The notes beneath the pieces are model-generated. The model was not told the origin of the DNA. It saw only the letters and a list, made by a program, of their open reading frames with translations, and ran no database searches. A DNA stretch of 64,000 bases, taken from contig JANWXQ010000011.1 in NCBI GenBank assembly GCA_025057275.1, forward strand, positions 33,523-97,522. The letters are read 5' to 3'. The position numbers and the translations under genes are program-made. Source of the DNA: Chitinophagales bacterium. GTDB taxonomy: Bacteria; Bacteroidota; Bacteroidia; Chitinophagales; UBA10324. Positions 36,901-44,721 of the stretch are shown piece after piece. How positions within the stretch are numbered: position 1 is the first letter of the stretch; each line of letters opens with the position of its first letter.

Positions 36901-37976
36901 ACTGGCTGGCCTGGAGCGGAATGGCTTTTGCCGTGGTGCGCGCTGCCGTTTCGCTGCTGAATGTGTTGAAGCCCTCCGTGCTGCGTCGGGTCAGTGCTCA
37001 AGCGGTTCCGGTTTCTGTGCTGATTCCGGCACGCAATGAAGCCCGTCGCATTGGTGTGTTGTTGCAGGCTCTTTCCGAAATGCAGCAGGAATATCGGGAA
37101 GTGCTGGTCCTGGATGATCAATCCGATGACCATACGGCAGAAGTGGTTTCCGCCTTCAGCAGTCAAAACCCCGGCCTGCGCCTGATCCATGGTGAGGCCT
37201 TACCGGAGGGCTGGAACGGAAAGAATTGGGCATGCCATCAGTTGGCGCAACTGGCTGCTGGCAGCTACCTGCTGTTTTTGGATGCCGATGTACAGGTATT
37301 TCCCGGATTCATCGGAGCGTTGGTAGCTGAACTGGAACGCAGCAAATCAGCCATGGTTTCCGTTTTTCCCAGGCAGGAAATGAAAAGCGTTGGTGAACAG
37401 ATTGCCATACCCCTCATGCTGGAAGTGCTGCTCAGCCTGCTGCCGCTGTTTCTGGTTAGAAAAATGCGGGCACCTTCTCTGGCAGCAGCTAACGGGCAGT
37501 GTATGCTTTTCCGCAAAGAAGCATACACCGCTTACCTGTGGCATCAGCGATTGAGGCAGGCTATAGCCGAGGATATTGCCATTGCCCGCCATATGAAAAG
37601 AGCCGGTTTGCCGGTGAGCGTTTATTTATCTGATCGAATCAGTTGCCGCATGTATGAAGACTACGGCCAGGCAGTAAGCGGTTTTGCAAAAAACATAACG
37701 GCAATGACCGGTAATGACCTGTTGGCCATGGGGTACGGTCTGCTGATGACCGTGGCGCCGGTATTCATGGGTTTGTTACCGGTCGGTGCAGCCCTGCTTT
37801 GGGTGCTCTTGGAGGTTTGTGCCGTAATGCTGCAATGCCATCTGGCGGCAATGAACAGCGGACGTCAGCTATTGTTGTTGCCGCTGCGGCGCCTGACGCT
37901 TCTCTGGGTGGTGATGCTTGCCCTTTGGAAGCGTTACTTTTCCGCCCATCAATGGAAAGGAAGAAGGCTTACCTGA
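36897..37976 (+). CDS. family 2 glycosyltransferase, CruC-like carotenoid glycosyltransferase candidate
   Basis: Motifs VSVLIPARNE, VLVLDDQSDD and LFLDADV, with C-terminal TM helices. Sits in the carotenoid gene context. Confidence 0.65.
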   Translation: MNWLAWSGMAFAVVRAAVSLLNVLKPSVLRRVSAQAVPVSVLIPARNEARRIGVLLQALSEMQQEYREVLVLDDQSDDHTAEVVSAFSSQNPGLRLIHGEALPEGWNGKNWACHQLAQLAAGSYLLFLDADVQVFPGFIGALVAELERSKSAMVSVFPRQEMKSVGEQIAIPLMLEVLLSLLPLFLVRKMRAPSLAAANGQCMLFRKEAYTAYLWHQRLRQAIAEDIAIARHMKRAGLPVSVYLSDRISCRMYEDYGQAVSGFAKNITAMTGNDLLAMGYGLLMTVAPVFMGLLPVGAALLWVLLEVCAVMLQCHLAAMNSGRQLLLLPLRRLTLLWVVMLALWKRYFSAHQWKGRRLT

Positions 37977-38584
37977 TCGGTGCAGCCCGTGGTTTTGTGG
38001 TCTTGTACTACGCCGTGGGGCTGTGCGGACTGATCTTTTATCCGGAAGTATTTCGTCATCTGGTGGCCCTGAGCCTGGTGATCACGGCCACTCTGTTGTT
38101 TGTCTTTCATCAGCCTTGGAACTTGTCGTACCAGCTTTATGCCTTGTCGGTCATGGGGATAACCTGGCTGATGGAATGGATTGGGGTGGAAACCGGAGCG
38201 ATCTTTGGCGTTTATCGATACGGCGATCATCTGGGTCTGAAACTGGCAGGAGTGCCGTTGCTGATTGGTGTTAATTGGCTGATGTTGCTGTATTGCTGCG
38301 GCATGTTGGTGGAAGTTTTGAAGATTCAGCCACCGTGGCGGGCTTTGAGCGGCGCCGCGCTGATGGTGGCTATTGACCTGTTGCTGGAACCGGTAGCGGT
38401 AAAGCTGGACTGGTGGTATTGGCAAACCGGGGCCGCGCCCTTGCAGAATTATGTGGCCTGGTTTTATCTGTCGTTTTTGCTGTTGTTACCTTATTTCCGC
38501 ATTCGGCAGCGACCCTATAATCCGCTGGCCATCTGGATTGCTGCAGCTCATGTGATATTCTTTATTGTATTGAACATTGTGTGA
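37952..38584 (+). CDS. carotenoid biosynthesis membrane protein (Caroten_synth/DUF422; CruF-like 1',2'-hydratase candidate)
   Basis: Start set to ATG 37952 (M52). Polytopic. GAIFGVYRYGDHLGLKLAGVPLLIGVNW resembles the family core. Confidence 0.6.
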   Translation: MERKKAYLIGAARGFVVLYYAVGLCGLIFYPEVFRHLVALSLVITATLLFVFHQPWNLSYQLYALSVMGITWLMEWIGVETGAIFGVYRYGDHLGLKLAGVPLLIGVNWLMLLYCCGMLVEVLKIQPPWRALSGAALMVAIDLLLEPVAVKLDWWYWQTGAAPLQNYVAWFYLSFLLLLPYFRIRQRPYNPLAIWIAAAHVIFFIVLNIV

Positions 38585-38590
38585 TTGAAG

Positions 38591-38633
38591 CACACCTGCG
38601 AACAAAAAGCAGGTTTCAGGTGTTTAACTTTTT
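38591..38633 (+). terminator. possible intrinsic terminator after the cruF-like gene
   Basis: Two alternative hairpins: ACCTGC(9 nt)GCAGGT and ACACCTG(18 nt)CAGGTGT. They are followed by TTTAACTTTTTG. Confidence 0.35.
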
Positions 38634-38738
38634 GTGGAAAAGATTAGACGGGTCTGGCAGGATGTGCCCTTTTTATATAATAGAGGGGGGTAGTTTCCGA
38701 ATAGCCCGCATGTAAACACGAATTCAGTCAATGAGCAT

Positions 38739-39632
38739 ATGGGAAGTTACCACATCCGGGACCTGGAAAGCTTGAGTGGAATTAAGGCACATACCATTCG
38801 GATCTGGGAGCAGCGTTATGGATTGTTTCGTCCTCAGCGTACGCAGACCAACATACGCCGCTATTCCGACAGCGATCTGAAGCACCTGTTGAACATTGCC
38901 TTGCTCAATCAGCGAGGCCATCGCATTTCCCGACTGGCCGGCTTGTCGCGCGCCGAACTGGAAGAAGAAATCCGGCAACTGATCAGCTCCGATTTCAGCA
39001 GCACGGCGCAGGTGCATGCGCTGACGCGGGCTATGGTGGACATGGATGAGGCAGAATTCGATCGACTGCTGAATGTCAACATTGCCCAACTGGGTTTTGA
39101 ACCGGCAATGGAAAACACCGTGTTTCCGTTTCTGGATAGTATCGGGGTGATGTGGCTCAGCGGCACCATTAACGTGGCTCAGGAGCACATGATTTCCAAC
39201 TTGATTCGTCAGAAAATCATAGTGGCCATAGACCGTGTACGCTCGCACATTGGGGCTCATCGCGACCGGGTTTTGCTTTTTCTTCCGGAAGAAGAGCTGC
39301 ATGAGTTGGGCTTATTGTATTTGGACTACAAGTTGCGCAGCCGCCAGTTTCAGACGCTTTATCTGGGTCAAAATGTGCCGTTGGCTGACTTGAAGGAAGC
39401 GGTGGATGTCTTCCGTCCCGCATTCGGCTTCAGCATTCTTACCAGTCGCCCGACCGAACGACGTTTGCAGCACTATTTGAACCAGCTAGCTGAGGTCTTT
39501 GCATCGGCCCGTCTGTATCTGGGCGGTTACAAACTGATGCGGGCCCGGCAAATTGAACTGGCTGAAAATCAGCGGATATTCAGATCAAGGGAAGAATTGA
39601 AGCATTTGCTAAACCAGCTTTTTGCCACATAG
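38739..39632 (+). CDS. MerR-family, cobalamin-binding light-responsive regulator (CarH/LitR type)
   Basis: HTH IRDLESLSGIKAHTIRIWEQRYGL. W-x9-EH motif WLSGTINVAQEH. B12 lower-ligand motif EELHELG (ExHxxG). Rossmann-like C-terminus. Confidence 0.8.
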   Translation: MGSYHIRDLESLSGIKAHTIRIWEQRYGLFRPQRTQTNIRRYSDSDLKHLLNIALLNQRGHRISRLAGLSRAELEEEIRQLISSDFSSTAQVHALTRAMVDMDEAEFDRLLNVNIAQLGFEPAMENTVFPFLDSIGVMWLSGTINVAQEHMISNLIRQKIIVAIDRVRSHIGAHRDRVLLFLPEEELHELGLLYLDYKLRSRQFQTLYLGQNVPLADLKEAVDVFRPAFGFSILTSRPTERRLQHYLNQLAEVFASARLYLGGYKLMRARQIELAENQRIFRSREELKHLLNQLFAT

Positions 39633-39659
39633 GAAGTGATCAGGTGGAGTTATTTAGAT

Positions 39660-39690
39660 TGTTTACTTTTTTTGTCAAAAAAGATAAACA
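39660..39690. promoter_or_regulatory. 31-nt imperfect palindrome TGTTTACTTTTTTTG-T-CAAAAAAGATAAACA (13 of 15 arm positions pair)
   Basis: Read directly. Lies 28 nt after the carH-like stop, inside a visibly AT-rich ~195-bp spacer. Could be an operator or a weak A/U hairpin terminator. Confidence 0.4.
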
Positions 39691-39799
39691 TTAAGTATTT
39701 GTTACCTTTATTTTTTAACAGTTTGATTTACAGCTATATTTTTATGAATACTCCTTTTATACCTCCAATTGATCAAAAGGATTAGCTCCATTTATTGTT

Positions 39800-39807
39800 T
39801 AACTTTG
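39800..39807 (+). promoter_or_regulatory. -7 promoter box (TAACTTTG) for the ECF sigma-crt operon
   Basis: Exact TAnnTTTG match 20 nt upstream of ATG 39828. It lies inside the ORF-track N-terminal extension (TTG 39795). Confidence 0.4.
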
Positions 39808-39827
39808 ATGCAATACTTTTAAACAAA

Positions 39828-40457
39828 ATGAGCGTTGCTTCGCCACTGAACGACGAATTAATTTGCCACATCAAAAAATTGCGGGTATTTGCCTATGCGC
39901 TTACAAAAGATGTGCAAAACAGTCATGATTTATTGCAAGAAACCATTTGCCGTGCGCTGGAGGCCAAGCCGCTTAACCGATGGGGCAAGAACTACCTTTC
40001 CTGGTTGCGCACCATTATGAAAAACATTTTTCTAAACGAATGTCGGCGCAGCGAAGTGCGCAGGCGCTGGGCTTTCCGGGTTATGGGAATCGGTGCCGAT
40101 CGAAAAGAACCGTCAGTAGCTAATGAAGGTGAAGAGACGTTATATGCAAATGACGTAGTGGAGCAATTGGAAGGGCTGCCTGAACCTTACCGCCGCACGT
40201 TAGCATTGTGGCAACAGGGATTTTCATATGAAGAAATTGCTGAACTGCTTCGGGTGCCGATAGGCACGGTGAAAAGCCGGCTGTATGCGGCACGAAAACG
40301 CATCGGTGGCCGGATGCCCGACATGGGCAGGGGGCAAACGAATCCAAAATCAGAGGACTCATTGCCCTCTTGCACCATGCAGACATCTCTTGCTTCGTCG
40401 GTGAGCCAAGGAGATCAGGAAAAGCACCGACACCCTGTGCTACTTCGCAATCCATAA
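39828..40457 (+). CDS. ECF-type RNA polymerase sigma-70 factor (LitS-like by context)
   Basis: Region 2 is DLLQETICRAL..YLSWLRTIMKNIFLNECRR. Region 4 is LPEPYRRTLALWQQGFSYEEIAELLRVPIGTVKSRLYAARKRI. There is a ~50-aa C-terminal extension. Start set to ATG 39828. Confidence 0.8.
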   Translation: MSVASPLNDELICHIKKLRVFAYALTKDVQNSHDLLQETICRALEAKPLNRWGKNYLSWLRTIMKNIFLNECRRSEVRRRWAFRVMGIGADRKEPSVANEGEETLYANDVVEQLEGLPEPYRRTLALWQQGFSYEEIAELLRVPIGTVKSRLYAARKRIGGRMPDMGRGQTNPKSEDSLPSCTMQTSLASSVSQGDQEKHRHPVLLRNP

Positions 40458-40481
40458 TAAAACAAACTGATCCACCCCCTT

Positions 40482-41954
40482 GTGAAAGCGCTGATTGTAG
40501 GAACGGGCCTTGGCGGACTGGCCACTGCCTTGCAGTTGCAGCGGCAGGGTTGGGATGTGGAACTGGTGGAAAAGCACCACCAGCCCGGGGGCAGATTGAA
40601 CCGCCTGGAGCAGGATGGTTTTGCTTTTGACGTGGGACCATCGTTCTTCAGCATGCGGTACGAGTTCGAGGCTTTTTTCAAAGGCCTTAACCTGCCTGTG
40701 CCATTTGAAGTTGAGCCGCTGGATCCTTTGTATGCGGTATTTTTTGAACACCGCAAAGAGCCCGTTTTGGTTTGGCGGAATGCGCAGCAATTGGCCAATG
40801 CCTTCTCGGGCATAGAGCCTGATTTTTCCTCACGGCTGGAAGCCTACCTGAAAGAGGCGGCCGCCTTATTTCACGACACCGAGCACCGAATAGTCAAACG
40901 GAATTTCACCTCTGCCATAGACTACCTTTCGGCATTGGCTTCCGTTCCCAAGCGCCATTTGCCCCGTTTGTTTGAAACGTTGTGGCATCGGCTGGAACGC
41001 CATTTTGAAAGTGAGGAAGCAAGGGTTATTCTTTCGTTGGTGGCCTTTTTCTTGGGAAGTACACCGTTTCGAACACCGGCCGTTTATTCCCTGCTCAACT
41101 ACGTGGAGCTGCGGCACGATGGGTATTGGAATGTGCGGGGAGGCATGTACCGCATAGTGGAGGGCTTCGTGCAGTTGCTGAAGCAACAGGGCGCCCGTTT
41201 TCATTTCAATCGGGAAATTACCGATGCGGAACACCGCAACGACCGGTTGTTTGCCCTTGTGGATCATCAGGGCGGGCGTTGGCCGGCTGATGTCTTTGTC
41301 ATCAACAGCGATGCAGCTGCTTTTCGGGGAAGCGTACTGAAGCGCCACAAGTTTCGCCCGCAGGCATTGGATCGCATGGAATGGACCATGGCCCCGTTTA
41401 CGTTGTATTTGGGAGTCAAGGGAAAAATCAATCAGCTCCATCAACACAACTATTTCCTCGGATCGGATTTTCGCAGGTATGCCGAACGCATCTTCAGCAG
41501 TTCCCAATTACCCTCACAGCCTTACTACTATGTTAATGTCAGCAGCAAAAGCAATGATTGTGCTCCGGAAGGCTGTGAAAACCTGTTTGTTCTCTGCCCC
41601 GTGCCGGATTTACGGTTTAAACCGGACTGGCAGGATGCTGAAGCCTTTGCCGACCGCCTGATTGCCGATCTGGAGCGACGCACGGGTTTTCCGTTAAGCA
41701 CTTCGCTTGCCGTTAGGGTTATGTACACTCCGCTGGATTGGGAGCGGCAGTTTAATCTGTATCGGGGCAGCGGTCTTGGGCTGGGTCACAGCCTGAAGCA
41801 GGTAGGGGCGCTTCGTCCCGGCAATCGCGACGAACAACTGCGCAACGTATTCTACGTAGGTGCCAGCACCATTCCGGGCACCGGTTTGCCTATGGTGCTG
41901 ATCGGTTCGCAACTGGTCATGAAACGAATCCATGATTATGCGAGCACTTTATGA
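40482..41954 (+). CDS. crtI: phytoene desaturase
   Basis: FAD fold IVGTGLGGLATAL..EKHHQPGGR, and C-terminal FYVGASTIPGTGLPMV. GTG start per the ORF track. Confidence 0.9.
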   Translation: MKALIVGTGLGGLATALQLQRQGWDVELVEKHHQPGGRLNRLEQDGFAFDVGPSFFSMRYEFEAFFKGLNLPVPFEVEPLDPLYAVFFEHRKEPVLVWRNAQQLANAFSGIEPDFSSRLEAYLKEAAALFHDTEHRIVKRNFTSAIDYLSALASVPKRHLPRLFETLWHRLERHFESEEARVILSLVAFFLGSTPFRTPAVYSLLNYVELRHDGYWNVRGGMYRIVEGFVQLLKQQGARFHFNREITDAEHRNDRLFALVDHQGGRWPADVFVINSDAAAFRGSVLKRHKFRPQALDRMEWTMAPFTLYLGVKGKINQLHQHNYFLGSDFRRYAERIFSSSQLPSQPYYYVNVSSKSNDCAPEGCENLFVLCPVPDLRFKPDWQDAEAFADRLIADLERRTGFPLSTSLAVRVMYTPLDWERQFNLYRGSGLGLGHSLKQVGALRPGNRDEQLRNVFYVGASTIPGTGLPMVLIGSQLVMKRIHDYASTL

Positions 41955-42774
41955 CCAGGCTGCCATGCGCAGCAGCGAACAGCTCACGCGGCTGTACAGT
42001 ACGTCGTTTACATGGGGCATTCGGGTTTTGCACCCGGAGCTGCGTCAGCCCATTTACAGCATTTACGGTTTGGTGCGGCTGGCTGATGAAATCGTGGATA
42101 CCTTCTTTGACGCCGATCAGGCCCGCCTGCTGCAGGAACTGGAAGAAGCTACCTATCAGGCGCTGGACCGTGGCCTTTCAGTCAATCCGGTACTGCAGGC
42201 TTTTCAGTTGACCGCACGTCGTTTTGATATTGAGCGTAGTTTGGTAGAAGCATTCTTCCACAGCATGCGCATGGACCTGAAATACCGCGAGCACGACGGG
42301 GAAAGCTATGCGAAATATATTTATGGTTCGGCTGAGGTGGTTGGCTTAATGTGTTTGAGGGTGTTTTGTCAGGGTGATGGACGTCTCTATGATGAACTGG
42401 CACCAATGGCCCGCAGGTTGGGTGCTGCATTTCAAAAGGTGAATTTCCTTCGCGATTTGCGAAGCGACTATGTGGAGCGTGGTCGGATGTATTTTCCCGG
42501 CGTCCGGTTTGACCAACTGTCGCAGTCGGCATTGCACCGCCTGGCGGCAGAAATAGAAGAAGATTTTCAGCAGGCTTTGCCCGGCATCCGGCGGCTGCCG
42601 CGCGCTGCACGTCAAGGGGTATACCTGGCCTACCGCTATTTTCGTGCATTGCTGGAAAAAATCCGGAAAAGTCCGCCGCAGCGCGTCCAGCAGGAGCGCA
42701 TCCGCATCAACAACACGAGCAAGCTGCTGTTGTGGGCCCATGTGTACATACGTCATGCTACTGGATTGCTTTAA
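41932..42774 (+). CDS. crtB: phytoene synthase
   Basis: Trans-isoprenyl diphosphate synthase head-to-head family: YGLVRLADEIVD, YGSAEVVGLM and NFLRDLRSD. Overlaps the crtI end by 23 nt. Confidence 0.9.
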   Translation: MIMRALYDQAAMRSSEQLTRLYSTSFTWGIRVLHPELRQPIYSIYGLVRLADEIVDTFFDADQARLLQELEEATYQALDRGLSVNPVLQAFQLTARRFDIERSLVEAFFHSMRMDLKYREHDGESYAKYIYGSAEVVGLMCLRVFCQGDGRLYDELAPMARRLGAAFQKVNFLRDLRSDYVERGRMYFPGVRFDQLSQSALHRLAAEIEEDFQQALPGIRRLPRAARQGVYLAYRYFRALLEKIRKSPPQRVQQERIRINNTSKLLLWAHVYIRHATGLL

Positions 42775-42777
42775 CGC

Positions 42778-43290
42778 ATGAACCTGTTACTCATCTTGTT
42801 GTTGTGGTGGGGTGCCCGTACAACCGAAGAATTACCGGTACAGCAGTTGCGGGAACGTTACGGGGCCGTATTGAACAAACAGCTCAGTGCCCATCAGATG
42901 CTGGACTGGCTGCGTTCTTCCGGTGGCCACCGTGCCATTGACTATGCTTACCTGGGCGCCACGGAAGCCCTAATGGCCCGCGATGCCTGGAATCCCTGGA
43001 CGAAATGGGAGTATTTACAGCGCAGTATGGCCACTATAAGTCGTGCAGTAGCCATGGATCCTGAAGATGCGGAAATCCGCTTTCTGCGCTTTTGCATTCA
43101 ACATTATGTGCCGGCCTGGCTGGGCATGAGCGATCACCTGCAAGAAGACCGACAACACATTCTGGCCGCACTGAGGCAGCAGCAGCTGGCGCCAGGGGAT
43201 CCCCTCAGGCAGAACATCATCCGCTTTTTGCTGGAGAGCGGCCGCTGTACAGACGCGGAAGAACAATGGCTCACAGCCCAACTACGGTGA
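42778..43290 (+). CDS. hypothetical protein inside the crt operon (N-terminal hydrophobic segment plus helical domain)
   Basis: 170 aa. Starts 3 nt after the crtB stop, and its stop overlaps the cyclase start (TGATG). No motif recognised. Confidence 0.6.
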   Translation: MNLLLILLLWWGARTTEELPVQQLRERYGAVLNKQLSAHQMLDWLRSSGGHRAIDYAYLGATEALMARDAWNPWTKWEYLQRSMATISRAVAMDPEDAEIRFLRFCIQHYVPAWLGMSDHLQEDRQHILAALRQQQLAPGDPLRQNIIRFLLESGRCTDAEEQWLTAQLR

Positions 43291-43961
43291 TGGCATCGCA
43301 GTTTACCTATCTGGCCATAAATGCCGGCGTCATTGCCGTGCCGCTGTTGTTCAGTTTTGAGCCGCGCATCCGCTACGTTGGGCATTGGAAATCCGTACTG
43401 GCGGCAGCCGCTATCATCGCAGTGCCTTTCCTCCTCTGGGATATATGGTTTACCCGGGCAGGGGTGTGGCAGTTCAATCCACGATACGTGACCGGCATGG
43501 CTCTGGCAGGGCTGCCTGTGGAGGAATGGATGTTTTTTATATGTATTCCATTTGCCTGCATGTTCCTGTATGTTCTGGTCAAGCAATTTAGTCGTGAGGT
43601 TCTGACGGAATACCTGGCACGCAGGATTCTTTTGGTGGCAGCCGCAGTGCTTTTTGTCATTGCTCTCCTGCACGTTCGTTACCTGTACACAGGTGTATGC
43701 TGTGTCTTGCTGGCCATGGCTTTGATCGTCGTGTATTGGCAGCGCCTGGCTCCTGCACCCGCTTTGGTGGTTGCCTATGCGGTTCATCTCATTCCTTTTG
43801 CCGTAGTAAATGGCTTACTCACGGCGCTACCGGTAGTGATATACAACGACCTGGAGAACAGCGGCCTGCGTATTGGAACCATTCCGGCGGAAGACTTTGC
43901 TTACTCCGGTTTATTGCTTACCGGCAATGTGGTGTTGTACGAATGGATGCAAAACCGATGA
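43290..43961 (+). CDS. lycopene cyclase, fused two-domain CrtYc/CrtYd type
   Basis: Start set to ATG 43290 (M67). Polytopic. Two PxE(E/D) motifs (LPVEEW and IPAEDF) indicate two lycopene_cycl domains. Confidence 0.8.
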   Translation: MASQFTYLAINAGVIAVPLLFSFEPRIRYVGHWKSVLAAAAIIAVPFLLWDIWFTRAGVWQFNPRYVTGMALAGLPVEEWMFFICIPFACMFLYVLVKQFSREVLTEYLARRILLVAAAVLFVIALLHVRYLYTGVCCVLLAMALIVVYWQRLAPAPALVVAYAVHLIPFAVVNGLLTALPVVIYNDLENSGLRIGTIPAEDFAYSGLLLTGNVVLYEWMQNR

Positions 43962-44692
43962 CCAGTAAGGATCAGTCCACTAACATCCGTTTCACCCCCG
44001 GATGGTGGGGTCTGGTTATTGCTTTAGGGATTCTGGTCATTTGGGCAGTCGTTTTGTTTTTTCTTCTTTCCAGACCGCTTACGGCTTTTACGTGGTGGCT
44101 GATTCCTGCCATCCTGTTACAGACGCATTTGTACACGGGCATTTTCATCACGGCGCACGATGCCATGCATGGCACAGTAGCTCCTCTTCGTTGGTTGAAC
44201 GATGGGGTAGGGTGGGTGGCTGCCACCTTGTTTGCTTTCAATTACTGGCCACGGCTTTACCGCAATCATCACCGGCATCATCGCCATGTAGGCACTGCAG
44301 ACGATCCGGATGTGCATCAGGGGCCATTCTGGAAATGGTATATCTTCTTTCTGAAGCAGTACATCACCTGGCCTCAGGTCGTCCTGATGGCTCTCACGTA
44401 CAACGGACTTTCTTTACTCTTTCAGCAAGTTAACGTGGCACTGTTCTGGATGATTCCCGCTTTGCTTAGCACGCTGCAGTTGTTTTACTTCGGCACCTAC
44501 CTGCCGCATAAGGGAAGTTTTCCCAAGGCCAACCGGCATCATTCGGATTCTTTAAGAAAAAATCATCTATGGGCATTTTTGTCCTGTTATTTTTTCGGAT
44601 ATCATTACGAGCATCATGAGCTGCCCCATGTTCCCTGGTGGCAGCTGCATCGGGTAAAAGGTACCCTGTCCGTTCCGCTGAAGGAATCGTAA
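43958..44692 (+). CDS. crtW: beta-carotene 4-ketolase
   Basis: Start set to ATG 43958 (M88; ATGA overlap). His boxes AHDAMHG, HHRHHRH and YHYEHHELPHVPWW. Aligns by eye along its length with Paracoccus CrtW as recalled. Confidence 0.85.
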   Translation: MTSKDQSTNIRFTPGWWGLVIALGILVIWAVVLFFLLSRPLTAFTWWLIPAILLQTHLYTGIFITAHDAMHGTVAPLRWLNDGVGWVAATLFAFNYWPRLYRNHHRHHRHVGTADDPDVHQGPFWKWYIFFLKQYITWPQVVLMALTYNGLSLLFQQVNVALFWMIPALLSTLQLFYFGTYLPHKGSFPKANRHHSDSLRKNHLWAFLSCYFFGYHYEHHELPHVPWWQLHRVKGTLSVPLKES

Positions 44693-44721
44693 TATCCTAA
44701 CCAAGAAAAGCGACCGAAGTC

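Noticed and set aside
42778-43290. The idea that the unknown crt-operon protein is the anti-sigma factor of the adjacent ECF sigma.
   Set aside because: It has no zinc-binding anti-sigma motif (HxxxCxxC). The hydrophobic segment is at the extreme N-terminus rather than after a cytoplasmic sigma-binding domain. Two genes separate it from the sigma gene. It is kept only as a hypothesis to test by two-hybrid.
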